Positions 12,068 to 20,821 are shown, numbered from the stretch's first letter. The stretch: 53,815 bases of DNA from an uncultured bacterium (GCA_965524675.1 CBERPN010000001.1:1-53815), one strand, 5' to 3'. Notes: generated by a model not told the origin, from the letters alone. Translations and numbers: made by a program.

Positions 12068-12775
12068 GTGCCGCTCGCCGAACTAGAGATATTCCATTCG
12101 CGGCCGATCGCGCCGACCCGCCGACTCGCCCTCGGTCAATGCCTATTGCCCACTAGCCCAGCACCTGGTCATGGCGGTGTTCTGTTGGCTGGTGTGGTCG
12201 CGAGATTCAAGAACGAGATCGACTCCGAGTTCTACGCAGATCTTTTTTCACTCACCCGCGAACTCGAGACGGGGACGCGGATTGCCCAGCCGCGGCTTCG
12301 GCATCGGCTCCAAACCGATCAAGTCGGTCTGTTGTCGAGCAAACATCGCCTGGTTAGGCGAGAGGGTGAGATGGCCTTTGAGTTCGATCACGAAAAAGGG
12401 GCCCCAGCTCAGTTCGTGTTGGGCGCGATCTACGCGGCGGGCGAAACCAGCGAACGGGAGCGGACCGACTTAATGGAGACCATCCGCCACGGACTGCGAT
12501 GGAGCGGCCCTGTAGGGCCCTCGCTTATCTTTCACCTTCTAGGAGGTTCCGCTGCGGCGGTCGGCGCACTGGCGATGGGTACTGGTGATCCGGTCGTTTG
12601 GGCACTTGAAGTACTAGGTCTAGACGATGGTCAGCAGGCTCCGGGAAAGAAAGTGATCCAGATTAGATTTCGAGATTTGTTACGAGATGCCCATCCAGAT
12701 CACGGTGGAGGCCATCATGAAGCGGCCGACCGGATATCGGAGCTGACTGAGGCGCGTCGAATCCTGCTCTCCTAG
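12068..12775 (+). CDS. hypothetical protein with C-terminal J-domain-like segment
   Basis: 235 aa. The C-terminus FRDLLRDAHPDHGGGHHEAADRISELTEARRIL carries the HPD tripeptide flanked by helix II/III-like sequence. The N-terminal ~190 aa are unrecognised. Confidence 0.5.
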   Translation: MPLAELEIFHSRPIAPTRRLALGQCLLPTSPAPGHGGVLLAGVVARFKNEIDSEFYADLFSLTRELETGTRIAQPRLRHRLQTDQVGLLSSKHRLVRREGEMAFEFDHEKGAPAQFVLGAIYAAGETSERERTDLMETIRHGLRWSGPVGPSLIFHLLGGSAAAVGALAMGTGDPVVWALEVLGLDDGQQAPGKKVIQIRFRDLLRDAHPDHGGGHHEAADRISELTEARRILLS

Positions 12776-12800
12776 CCCACTCGCCATAGACTTTTCGATC

Positions 12801-13337
12801 ATGCTGCCTACTGCTTTGCTGCTCGCCCCAGGGGCGGGCGCAAATCGATCGCATCCGGCTTTGCTAGCACTCGACGATGCCGTCGACCTGCCGACCAGTA
12901 GAATCGACATCAAGGTACGAAATCACGACAAGGTGATGTCACTCATTAGTAAGGCCGCCAACGATCTGGTTGAGCGCGCTAAGACGCAGCCCGCCGGGCT
13001 GGTTTTGGGCGGCCGTTCTTTCGGGGGACGCATGTGTTCGCTTGCAGTAGCTGAAGGCCTGCCTGCCCGAGGTCTGATTTTGCTCAGCTACCCGTTGCAC
13101 CCGCCGGGCAAACCGGAAAAACTGCGCGTCGATCATTTCGACCGGCTTGAGCTGCCCGTGCTTTTCGTTTCAGGCACAAACGATGCCTTCGGAAGTCCGG
13201 CCGAGTTTGAGCACCATCAGGCGAAGATCCCCGGAGCGGTTACCCAGGTGTGGATCGATGGCGCCGACCACACGATGCGGGCAAAGCAAGCGCAGGTAGT
13301 AGCAGCGGTTACGAACTGGCTAGCGACGCTCACGTAG
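12801..13337 (+). CDS. alpha/beta-hydrolase fold protein (short, dienelactone-hydrolase/KANL3-like)
   Basis: 178 aa. Nucleophile elbow GGRSFGG and a late DH (GADHTM) consistent with a Ser-Asp-His triad. Confidence 0.5.
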   Translation: MLPTALLLAPGAGANRSHPALLALDDAVDLPTSRIDIKVRNHDKVMSLISKAANDLVERAKTQPAGLVLGGRSFGGRMCSLAVAEGLPARGLILLSYPLHPPGKPEKLRVDHFDRLELPVLFVSGTNDAFGSPAEFEHHQAKIPGAVTQVWIDGADHTMRAKQAQVVAAVTNWLATLT

Positions 13338-13372
13338 CCGCGAAATCTCCGCTCACCTACCGGCGAGGGTCC

Positions 13373-14137
13373 TCAGAGCGAACGGATTTCGACGGTTACC
13401 TTTGGAGCGCTGTCGTCGTCTTCGTCTTGTTCGGCGGTGGTGATGAGGACTTCGATCGCGGAGCTGTCGCGGATTGCGAGTGCACCCGCCGGGGGTTGCG
13501 GTGTCACCACGAAACCGAGCCGCCTCAGCTCAACGGCCAAGTCGGCTGCTATCTGTCCCTCGGTGGCGCTGGAAGTGCAAAACGCAGCCTGGGTCGGCGA
13601 AGGATCGGTCTCGACAGAAGGAACGAGATCGTTTGGTAGCGAAACGCCAAGCAGGAGATCGGCCAAAAGTGCGTGGTCGTATTGAATTGACGGGGCATGG
13701 TCTATCACCGCTAGATCAAAGAGTCCGCCTCCCCCCGGCGCACTAGCCGCCGCTGCGGTCACCTGAGCGCGCTCAGTGGGCGACATCGCTGCCAGCACGG
13801 AAGGTTCAATTTCGTCTTCATCGGGCAGCGGTTCCAAACGCGCAGCAATCTTAGCGACCGGTAACTCGGCTGACGAGTTTGATTCGACTGGGTCAGAAGC
13901 CGAAGAATCAGTGACCGGTTCGGTTTGATCAATCTGCTCATTGTCGTCAGCCTGGGAAGTTAACCAACGATCGGGTGAATCGAGGGGCAGCTCAGTCTGC
14001 CCGGCCTCGGATTCTGAATTTTCGGGGGAGAGTTGCCGTTGCGACTTGCCCGTGACTCGAAAGTAGGCGCGGTACGCGTAGATCGAGAGCGAGCCCGCAA
14101 GCCAGATCCAAAAAATGATCACGAGTATCCGAGGCAT
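13373..14137 (-). CDS. hypothetical membrane-anchored protein
   Basis: 254 aa. N-terminal TM helix (ILVIIFWIWLAGSLSIYAY), then an acidic low-complexity linker and a C-terminal globular part. No recognisable family. Confidence 0.45.
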   Translation of the reverse strand: MPRILVIIFWIWLAGSLSIYAYRAYFRVTGKSQRQLSPENSESEAGQTELPLDSPDRWLTSQADDNEQIDQTEPVTDSSASDPVESNSSAELPVAKIAARLEPLPDEDEIEPSVLAAMSPTERAQVTAAAASAPGGGGLFDLAVIDHAPSIQYDHALLADLLLGVSLPNDLVPSVETDPSPTQAAFCTSSATEGQIAADLAVELRRLGFVVTPQPPAGALAIRDSSAIEVLITTAEQDEDDDSAPKVTVEIRSL

Positions 14138-14219
14138 GGGTGCCCCATCGGAAGAAGCTAGTAAATCTCAAGGACATCACGCCGACGACGCTCTGTTCAA
14201 CTGGTACGGTTCGTCGCTC

Positions 14220-15539
14220 ATGGCCGATGATTTGTTTACCGCCGCGGCGACAGAGCGCTTGGAGAGCAGCGCCCCGCTTGCCGCACGGTTGCGCCCAAGG
14301 CATCTCGATGAGGTGGTGGGCCAACCGCACCTGTTGGGGGTTGGCAAGCCATTGCGAGCGCTGATCGAGGCCGATCGCTTGTCATCGGTGATCTTTTGGG
14401 GACCGCCGGGTACCGGCAAGACAACAATCTCAGAGCTGATTGCCTTCTCTACTGAAAAGGCGTTTGAAAAGCTGTCGGCGGTTAGCGCATCTGTTAAGGA
14501 CGTGCGCGAGATAATCGCCAAGGCGGAGCAACGATTGGGTGAACGCGGTCGGGGGACTATCTTGTTTCTTGACGAGGTACACCGGTTTAGCAAGAGCCAG
14601 CAAGACACTTTGTTGCCCTCGGTGGAGTCTGGACTCATTGTCTTGATTGGGGCGACCACCGAGAATCCCTATTTTGAGGTGAACCCGCCCTTGCTGTCGC
14701 GCTCAACGCTGTTTCGCTTGAATGCGCTCGACTGCGATGCGGTACTAATGCTCTTGCGTCGCGGCCTAGTAGCAGAGGGCGCCAGCGGTTCTGACGAGGC
14801 TTTGCTGCACTTGGTCGATCGGGCGGGTGGCGACGGTCGCCACGCGCTGACGAGCCTCGAGGTTGCCGTTGTGTTGGCGAGCGACCGGTCGAGCCCGCCA
14901 GAGGTGACCCTTGAAGACGCCGAGGCGGCCTTGGGTGCCAAGGCTCACCGTTACGGCCGCGACGAGCATTACGACGTTATTTCCGCCTTCATCAAGAGTA
15001 TCCGAGGTTCCGATGTCGACGCTGGCCTGTACTGGCTAGCGCGGATGCTCGAAGCCGGAGAGGACGCCCGGTTCATCGCTCGTCGCCTGGTCATCTTGGC
15101 TAGCGAGGATGTCGGTATGGCCGACCCGATGTCGCTGCTGATAGCCGATGCTGCGGCGAGGGCTGTGGAGTTTGTTGGGCTTCCCGAAGCCCAACTAAAT
15201 CTCTCCCAGGCGGTTGTTCACCTCGCCTCGGCACCAAAGTCTAACAGTGTCACGCGTGGCCTAGGACAGGCTCGAACGGCAGCGAACGGTGCCGGCGAAG
15301 GTAGCGTACCGACGCATCTGCGCGACGCTCACTACAGCGGCGCGCAGTCTTTGGGGCATGGCTCTGGCTACCGCTATCCCCACGACGATGAACGAGGGTG
15401 GGTCGATCAGCAGCATCTGCCGAGCGAATTGGTCGGATCGAAGTTCTACACGCCGACCGGTCATGGCTTTGAGGCTGAGGTGCGTGACCGGTTGGCCGAA
15501 CTTGGCTCTGCCGCCGAGAGCGAGCCAGAACAGAGGTAG
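14220..15539 (+). CDS. rarA: replication-associated recombination protein A (AAA+ ATPase)
   Basis: Walker A GPPGTGKTT, Walker B LFLDEVHRF and the MgsA C-terminal blocks (YWLARMLEAGEDARFIARRL). I chose the ATG at 14220 (MADDLF...) rather than the ORF-track 14115, which would overlap the divergent gene. Confidence 0.9.
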   Translation: MADDLFTAAATERLESSAPLAARLRPRHLDEVVGQPHLLGVGKPLRALIEADRLSSVIFWGPPGTGKTTISELIAFSTEKAFEKLSAVSASVKDVREIIAKAEQRLGERGRGTILFLDEVHRFSKSQQDTLLPSVESGLIVLIGATTENPYFEVNPPLLSRSTLFRLNALDCDAVLMLLRRGLVAEGASGSDEALLHLVDRAGGDGRHALTSLEVAVVLASDRSSPPEVTLEDAEAALGAKAHRYGRDEHYDVISAFIKSIRGSDVDAGLYWLARMLEAGEDARFIARRLVILASEDVGMADPMSLLIADAAARAVEFVGLPEAQLNLSQAVVHLASAPKSNSVTRGLGQARTAANGAGEGSVPTHLRDAHYSGAQSLGHGSGYRYPHDDERGWVDQQHLPSELVGSKFYTPTGHGFEAEVRDRLAELGSAAESEPEQR

Positions 15540-15555
15540 CGCTAGACTGCCCAAT

Positions 15556-15843
15556 ATGTTCAAGCGAGTGGTGTGGACCGGTATTGGCTATGGCCTGGGT
15601 TTTGGCTCGTCGGTAGTTGTGCAACGCAAGGTGAAAAGAGCGGTCGAACGCTATACGCCCGAGCACGTACTCGAGGAGGCCAAGAGCCGTTCGCGCGAGG
15701 CCGTCGATCGAGTTCGAGAGCTTTCGACCGACGCTCGAGCGATATTCAGCCACGGCCGCAAGGCTAGCGACGACATCGATCTGCGTTCGCGACAGCACCC
15801 ACCTCAGCGCCGAAGAAGACGCTCGATCAACCGCCACCGCTAG
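15556..15843 (+). CDS. small hypothetical protein (one N-terminal hydrophobic helix, basic tail)
   Basis: ATG at 15556 lies in the 15289..15843 frame, just after the rarA stop. Product is MFKRVVWTGIGYGLGFGSSVVV... followed by a charged helix. Confidence 0.45.
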   Translation: MFKRVVWTGIGYGLGFGSSVVVQRKVKRAVERYTPEHVLEEAKSRSREAVDRVRELSTDARAIFSHGRKASDDIDLRSRQHPPQRRRRRSINRHR

Positions 15844-16034
15844 AATTCCCGTTTCCTCTAATGGGTAGAGCAGCTCGCCTCTCACCAAGTCACGATTTTC
15901 CCGGTAAAGCGCAGGAACCGATGAACAAAGACCAAAGCCAATCGACCCCCAACAGCGGGCAGCGCCAGCGCACAGGAAGTGCTTGGGTGGTCGTGAGTCT
16001 TGTAGTTGTTGGCTTGTACCTGGCGGCGCTGAGC

Positions 16035-16341
16035 GTTGTTTCGGGTCTCCGTGCTTTGACGTGCCCGTTAGGGTGCAGATTGTCGTGTTGTACGTGGCCG
16101 CGCCGGGAGCTGGCTTGGTCGAATCCGCAATCTGGGCGGGGCCTGATTACTGCACTCCGTGCAGGCCGTTCGGGCCACGGAGGCCGCCGCAGCGCACAGG
16201 AAGCACCTTTGGGCGGCCCGAGCGCGGTAGGCCGGGGAAGGGAAGCAAGCGAGCTTGGGCGGCGCGAGCGATGTAGGGCGGAGGGCGCCAGCCCGGAGCC
16301 TGAGCCCGGCGGCCTCCGTGGCCGGGGAACGGAAGCAAACA
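16035..16341. repeat. GC-rich modular intergenic repeat, copy A (alaS leader)
   Basis: Hand alignment to 44659..: the first 130 nt align ungapped with 103/130 identical. The next 98-nt core (16134..16231) differs from 44758..44856 by 3 substitutions and one 1-nt indel. The element ends GGAAGCAAACA-ATG at the alaS start. Confidence 0.8.
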
Positions 16342-18915
16342 ATGCGCGCTAACGAACTACGCACCGCATTTGTCAATTTCTTTACCGCGCGTGAGCATGT
16401 CGAGGTCGAGTCGGCGAGCGTGATTCCCAACGACCCTACGTTGTTGTTTACCAATTCCGGGATGGTGCCGTTTAAGAGCTTCTTCGTCGGTGAGGAAACG
16501 GCGCCTTACGCTCGGGCTGTCACAGTTCAAAAAGCGGTTCGTGCTGGCGGGAAGCACAATGATCTGGAAGAGGTCGGACGCACTTCTCGCCATCTCACAT
16601 TCTTTGAGATGATGGGCAACTTCTCCTTTGGCGACTACTTCAAAGAGAGCGCGATCCCGTGGGCTTGGGAGTTCATCACTGAGACGCTCGGGCTCGATGC
16701 AGACAAGTTGTGGGTCACTGTTCACCTCAGCGACAATGAGGCGTCCGACATCTGGACCGACACCGTCGGTCTCGACCCCGATCGTGTACAGCGACTCGAT
16801 GACGACAATTGGTGGCGGATGGCCGATACGGGGCCGAACGGGCCATCGTCGGAGATCTTTTATGACCTCGGTCCAGCTCATGGAGAAGATGGCGGTCCGG
16901 CCTATGGTGGCGAGCACCGCTTCATTGAAATCTGGAACCTCGTGTTCATGCAGTTCGATCAGCAAAGCGATGGCACCCAGGTTCCTCTGCCGAAACCGAG
17001 TATCGATACCGGTGCAGGGCTCGAACGAATTCTGAGCATTTTGCAGGGGGTCTCATCGGTGTGGGAGACCGATGAGTTCGTGCGGTTGTTAGCAACGGCA
17101 ACCGACATCACCGGTGTCGCCGATGGCGCTAGCGAACAGTCCGACGTGTCACTGAAGGTCTTTGCCGATCATGCCCGCTCGACGACCTTCATGATCAGTG
17201 ATGGCGTCTTTCCTTCCAATGAGGGCCGCGGTTATGTGCTTCGACGCATAATTCGTCGAGCGGTACGTCATGCATACATCCTTGGTGTCGACACCAGCGT
17301 CATGGCCCGAATGGTCGACTCGGTGGTCGAGATAATGGGTGCCGATTACCCCGAGATCGTGAAGAATCACGACTACGTACGCGACGTGATCGAGCGCGAG
17401 GAACAACAGTTTCGCAAAACCCTGGCTACTGGTTCGAGTATTCTCGATGACCGGCTTAGCAAACTGGGCGAAGGCGACGTTCTAGCTGGCGACGTCGCCT
17501 TCCAACTACACGACACCTATGGATTTCCGTTTGAGGTCACCGAGGAGATTGCTGCTGAACGCAAGATCGGCGTTGACTCCGACGGATTCGAATCCGAAAT
17601 GGCACAGCAGCGCGAACGCGCCAAGACGGCTCGTAATGCGTCCGGGGGCGACATCGATCCAGCGCCGTATCGTGTTGTGTCGGACACGTCTGGACCCACG
17701 CGTTTCGTTGGCCGAGAGGTATTTGAGTCCGAAGCGACGGTGCTATTCATCGACGCTGATTCGGTCGTACTCGATACCAGTCCGTTCTACGCCGAAAGTG
17801 GCGGACAGGTCGGTGATACAGGAACGATTCGAACGGCCACCAGTATTATCAGGGTGGCGAACACGGTGTACGCGGTGCCGGGAATCCAGCGGCATCTCAT
17901 CGGGTCGGCCGAGGGTCAGATCGAAGTTGGTGAAACGGTCACAGCGCTAATAGACACCGATCGAAGAATGGCGATAAGGCGAAACCATACGGGCACTCAT
18001 CTGCTGCACTGGGCATTGCGAAAGGTTCTCGGCGATCACGTTAAGCAACAGGGCTCCTATGTGGGCCCCGATCGCCTGCGATTTGACTTCTCGCACTACG
18101 AGGCGGTCACGCCAAGCCAGGTTGCAGCGATCGAAGATCTTGCGAACGCGGAGATTCTCGACAACGCAAGCGTGCGCCACTTCGAAACCTCGAAGGACAA
18201 CGCCGAGGAGTTAGGCGCTATCGCTTTCTTTGGCGACAAGTATGGCGATGTCGTAAGAGTGCTCGAGGCGGGCCGCAACTCGATAGAACTCTGCGGCGGC
18301 ACACATGTGAAGGCCTTGGGCGATATTGGGCCGATGAAGATCGTGTCCGAGAGTTCGATCGGTTCGAACATTCGTCGCCTGGAGGCAATCTCTGGCGACG
18401 GCCCGATCACCCGACTTCGCCAACGCGAGCAGATGCTGGCTGAGATTGCAGATTCGGTTGGTGTAGCCGCCGACGATGTGGTCGATGGCGTGCAGCGTCG
18501 CCTGGCAGAGGCAAAGGGTTTGCGCAAAGAGCTGGTCGAACTTCGACGCGAGGTCGCTGTTGGGCGGGCAGGAGAACTCGCCGCCCAGGCGGTCGACGGC
18601 GTTCTGGTAGCGCGAGTCGACGGTCTTGACCAGGGTGGGCTCCGCGACCTCGCCATTGCGATTCGCGACCGTGAAGGGGTACGGGCCGTGGTGCTCGGCT
18701 CGACTCCAGACAAGGGTGTGTTCTTGGCCGCTGCGGCAGCAGCGGACTCGCCGTTTGATGCTGGCCAGCTAATCGAGGAATCAAAGAAGACCATCGGCGG
18801 CGGCGGCCGTCCTGGAGCAGATTTGGCTACCGCGGGCGGCAAAAACCCGGCTGGCCTCGACGAGGCCCTCGAACAGGCCCGGCTGGCGGCTGGGTTATCC
18901 CTCAATAGCTCGTGA
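16342..18915 (+). CDS. alaS: alanine--tRNA ligase
   Basis: MRANELRTAFVNFFTAREH..., FTNSGM, the WNLVFMQF block and the editing-domain HTGTHLLH motif. Start placed at ATG 16342, 6 nt after GGAAG, rather than the ORF-track 16255, which lies inside the repeat. Confidence 0.95.
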   Translation: MRANELRTAFVNFFTAREHVEVESASVIPNDPTLLFTNSGMVPFKSFFVGEETAPYARAVTVQKAVRAGGKHNDLEEVGRTSRHLTFFEMMGNFSFGDYFKESAIPWAWEFITETLGLDADKLWVTVHLSDNEASDIWTDTVGLDPDRVQRLDDDNWWRMADTGPNGPSSEIFYDLGPAHGEDGGPAYGGEHRFIEIWNLVFMQFDQQSDGTQVPLPKPSIDTGAGLERILSILQGVSSVWETDEFVRLLATATDITGVADGASEQSDVSLKVFADHARSTTFMISDGVFPSNEGRGYVLRRIIRRAVRHAYILGVDTSVMARMVDSVVEIMGADYPEIVKNHDYVRDVIEREEQQFRKTLATGSSILDDRLSKLGEGDVLAGDVAFQLHDTYGFPFEVTEEIAAERKIGVDSDGFESEMAQQRERAKTARNASGGDIDPAPYRVVSDTSGPTRFVGREVFESEATVLFIDADSVVLDTSPFYAESGGQVGDTGTIRTATSIIRVANTVYAVPGIQRHLIGSAEGQIEVGETVTALIDTDRRMAIRRNHTGTHLLHWALRKVLGDHVKQQGSYVGPDRLRFDFSHYEAVTPSQVAAIEDLANAEILDNASVRHFETSKDNAEELGAIAFFGDKYGDVVRVLEAGRNSIELCGGTHVKALGDIGPMKIVSESSIGSNIRRLEAISGDGPITRLRQREQMLAEIADSVGVAADDVVDGVQRRLAEAKGLRKELVELRREVAVGRAGELAAQAVDGVLVARVDGLDQGGLRDLAIAIRDREGVRAVVLGSTPDKGVFLAAAAAADSPFDAGQLIEESKKTIGGGGRPGADLATAGGKNPAGLDEALEQARLAAGLSLNSS

Positions 18916-19358
18916 GAGCGTTAGCGCTCGATATGGGATCAAAGCGTATTGGGGTCGCAATCTCTGACTCAGGAGGTCGGGTCGCGACCCCGATCGATAC
19001 GGTACATCGCTGCGGCGATCGGCCTCGAGAACACCGCGAGATCGCTGCTTTGGTGTTGGAATGGGAGGCCGAGATCGTCGTCGTTGGGCTGCCACTATCG
19101 CTCGACGGCACTATCGGCCCAGCTGCAAAGGGCGTCCTCGACGAAATAGATGTGTTGGGTGCCGCGCTCTCGGTGCCTGTAGAGACCTACGATGAACGTC
19201 TGACCACAGTTACTGCAGACCGGTCGCTAATGGAACAGAACCTCGGTGCCGCCGAACGACGAAAGGTCGTCGACAAGGTAGCTGCCGCGGTGATGCTTCA
19301 GGCTTGGCTCGACCGGCGCAGTATGCAACCTGATCCAGCACGCCCCAAAGAGGACTGA
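18912..19358 (+). CDS. ruvX: Holliday junction resolvase-like RuvX (YqgF)
   Basis: 148 aa. N-terminal ALDMGSKRIGVAISD motif. GTGA overlap with the alaS stop. Confidence 0.88.
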   Translation: MRALALDMGSKRIGVAISDSGGRVATPIDTVHRCGDRPREHREIAALVLEWEAEIVVVGLPLSLDGTIGPAAKGVLDEIDVLGAALSVPVETYDERLTTVTADRSLMEQNLGAAERRKVVDKVAAAVMLQAWLDRRSMQPDPARPKED

Positions 19359-19359
19359 A

Positions 19360-20817
19360 ATGCCAGAAACCCCCGAGAGCAGCGAAAGGCTTGAGCGTGG
19401 TGAGCTGGTAACCCGACATCTCCTCGACGGACCCGAGGAGACTCCGGATCTGCCCGAACCTCGAAACCGTCCACTCGAATCGAGTGAGTCGCCCCAGACC
19501 TCAGAGCCATCGATTGCTGCATCTGAATCGCATATTCCGACCGGCTACGGTGCGGCCAGCAATGCGGTAGCCACGATCGAGGAGCGGCCTTCAGACCTGC
19601 TCCCGGCTTCGCAGGCCGTTGTTCCGCCTCTCGTCGAGTATGTCGATCCACGCGATTACGTGCGTTGGCCTAGACGTTCCGGTCCGCTGCGCCGATTTCT
19701 GATCGTTGCTGTCGTGCTTTTGGTGGTTGGTGTCTACGGAGCCGGAAAGGTCGACACTTGGGTGGCGGACCAGATCGAACCGACGGTGGCCGTTGGTCCC
19801 CAGGTCGAGTTTCTTATCAGCGACGGAGAGGGAACGAACACCACAGCTCAGAATCTCACATCCGCCGACGTCATTTCTAACTCGACAATCTTTCGCTACT
19901 GGTTGCGGTGCCCAAGTACTGCCAAGCGGCTACTCAACTGCGACGAGGAGCAAGAGGTTGCGTGGCAGGCCGGTAAGTATCTGCTCAACACGGACATGGC
20001 CTTTCAGACAGTTGTCGACACTTTGAACGCCGGCTCGATTCCACCTGAGGACTTCTCGGTAACAGTGCCCGAAGGCCTGACCGTCGACCAGATCGTCGAT
20101 CGCCTCGTTGCCGAGAACCCAGAGTTCAGACGTGAAGACTTTCATCTTCAGCTCGATAGGCAGAGGTTCGAGAGCCGGTTTATTGGTATCGATATGCTCA
20201 CGCGACTCAAAGCGGATGGCTTTCGCACTCCTTTTGAGGGCCTGCTGTTCCCGAGCACCTATCAAGTCTCTGAAGACAACGCGGGCAACGAGTTGAGCAT
20301 TCTGCAGACGATGGCGCGTGAAATGGAGATCCGCTATGAAGCCGCATTTGCCTCGACGGGCGCAGCTTTGCCAGATGCGGCTGGTGAGCTGCTTCTTAGC
20401 GACTACGACATCATCATTATTGCGTCGCTGATCGAAGAGGAAGCCCTGGTCGACGGCGATCGGCCGAAGATCGCACGAGTTATTTACAACCGGCTACTTT
20501 CAGGGTCGTCGCTAGGTATCGATGCCACCACCCGCTATGCGGTAGAGAAACGACCCGGCGAGCCGCTCTTACAGAGCGACCTTGACGATCCGTCTCCCTA
20601 CAACACCCGCTTCGTAGAAAACGTTGGCCTCCCTCCCACGCCGATCTCGGCACCTGGCCAGAAATCGATTGAGGCAGCGTTGTCACCTGAAGAGGGCGAC
20701 TGGTTCTTCTACGTGCTCACCGACGAAGGTGGCGTCGCCGGTGCGCACACATTTGCTACCACCAACGCCGAGTTCAGCGCTGCGAAAGCGATCTGTCAAG
20801 AGAAGGGTTACTGCTGA
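19360..20817 (+). CDS. mltG: endolytic murein transglycosylase MltG (YceG-like) with long N-terminal extension
   Basis: 485 aa. TM helix (FLIVAVVLLVVGVYGA) and C-terminal YceG blocks (IIIASLIEEEA, IARVIYNRL, GIDATTRYA, YNTR, GLPPTPISAPG). Confidence 0.88.
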   Translation: MPETPESSERLERGELVTRHLLDGPEETPDLPEPRNRPLESSESPQTSEPSIAASESHIPTGYGAASNAVATIEERPSDLLPASQAVVPPLVEYVDPRDYVRWPRRSGPLRRFLIVAVVLLVVGVYGAGKVDTWVADQIEPTVAVGPQVEFLISDGEGTNTTAQNLTSADVISNSTIFRYWLRCPSTAKRLLNCDEEQEVAWQAGKYLLNTDMAFQTVVDTLNAGSIPPEDFSVTVPEGLTVDQIVDRLVAENPEFRREDFHLQLDRQRFESRFIGIDMLTRLKADGFRTPFEGLLFPSTYQVSEDNAGNELSILQTMAREMEIRYEAAFASTGAALPDAAGELLLSDYDIIIIASLIEEEALVDGDRPKIARVIYNRLLSGSSLGIDATTRYAVEKRPGEPLLQSDLDDPSPYNTRFVENVGLPPTPISAPGQKSIEAALSPEEGDWFFYVLTDEGGVAGAHTFATTNAEFSAAKAICQEKGYC

Positions 20818-20821
20818 CTCC

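Noticed and set aside
14115-14219. ORF-track N-terminal extension of rarA
   Set aside because: It would overlap the divergent gene starting at 14137. RarA homology begins after MADDLF (14220).
15862-15893. tRNA-like string GGGTAGAGCAGCTCGCC downstream of the small ORF
   Set aside because: It resembles a D-arm only. There is no GGTTCGAATCC-type T-arm, acceptor stem or anticodon stem within 90 nt.
16062-16109. Apparently conserved Cys pattern when both repeat copies are read in one frame (CPLGCRLSCCTWPRRE vs CPSGCGLKCCAWPRRE at 44686..44733), suggestive of a Cys-rich or RiPP-like peptide
   Set aside because: In copy B this frame has no ATG, GTG or TTG between the in-frame stop at 44602..44604 and the motif. 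A 1-nt indel breaks the frame relationship further downstream. The conserved bases are equally explained by nucleic-acid features such as the hairpin GTGCCC-N4-GGGTGC. I treat it as coincidental to DNA/RNA-level conservation. It should be revisited only if more copies keep the frame.
16255-16341. ORF-track N-terminal extension of alaS (MGGASDVGRRAPARSLSPAASVAGERKQT-)
   Set aside because: The extension lies inside the repeat and has no similarity to AlaRS N-termini. The canonical MRANELR... start at 16342 has a GGAAG SD at 6-nt spacing.
16035-16341. T-box or other known riboswitch in the alaS leader, and a CRISPR-like interpretation of the short recurring units
   Set aside because: I found no T-box sequence (AANNNGGGTGGNACCGCG-like) or specifier/antiterminator arrangement by eye. 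The recurring units are imperfect, differ in spacing (46 nt vs 115 nt) and have no unique spacers or cas genes, so this is not a CRISPR array.
15861-16352. 163-aa plus-strand ORF, and the 150-aa minus-strand ORF 15890..16342, both covering the rarA-alaS intergenic region
   Set aside because: Most of their length lies on the repeat element. The products are Arg/Gly/Pro/Ala-rich low-complexity strings typical of random frames in GC-rich DNA. The second repeat copy has a 1-nt indel and no equivalent start, so no frame is conserved. A short TM peptide starting at ATG 15920 (MNKDQSQ...AWVVVSLVVVGLYLAAL) cannot be excluded, but I have no support for it.
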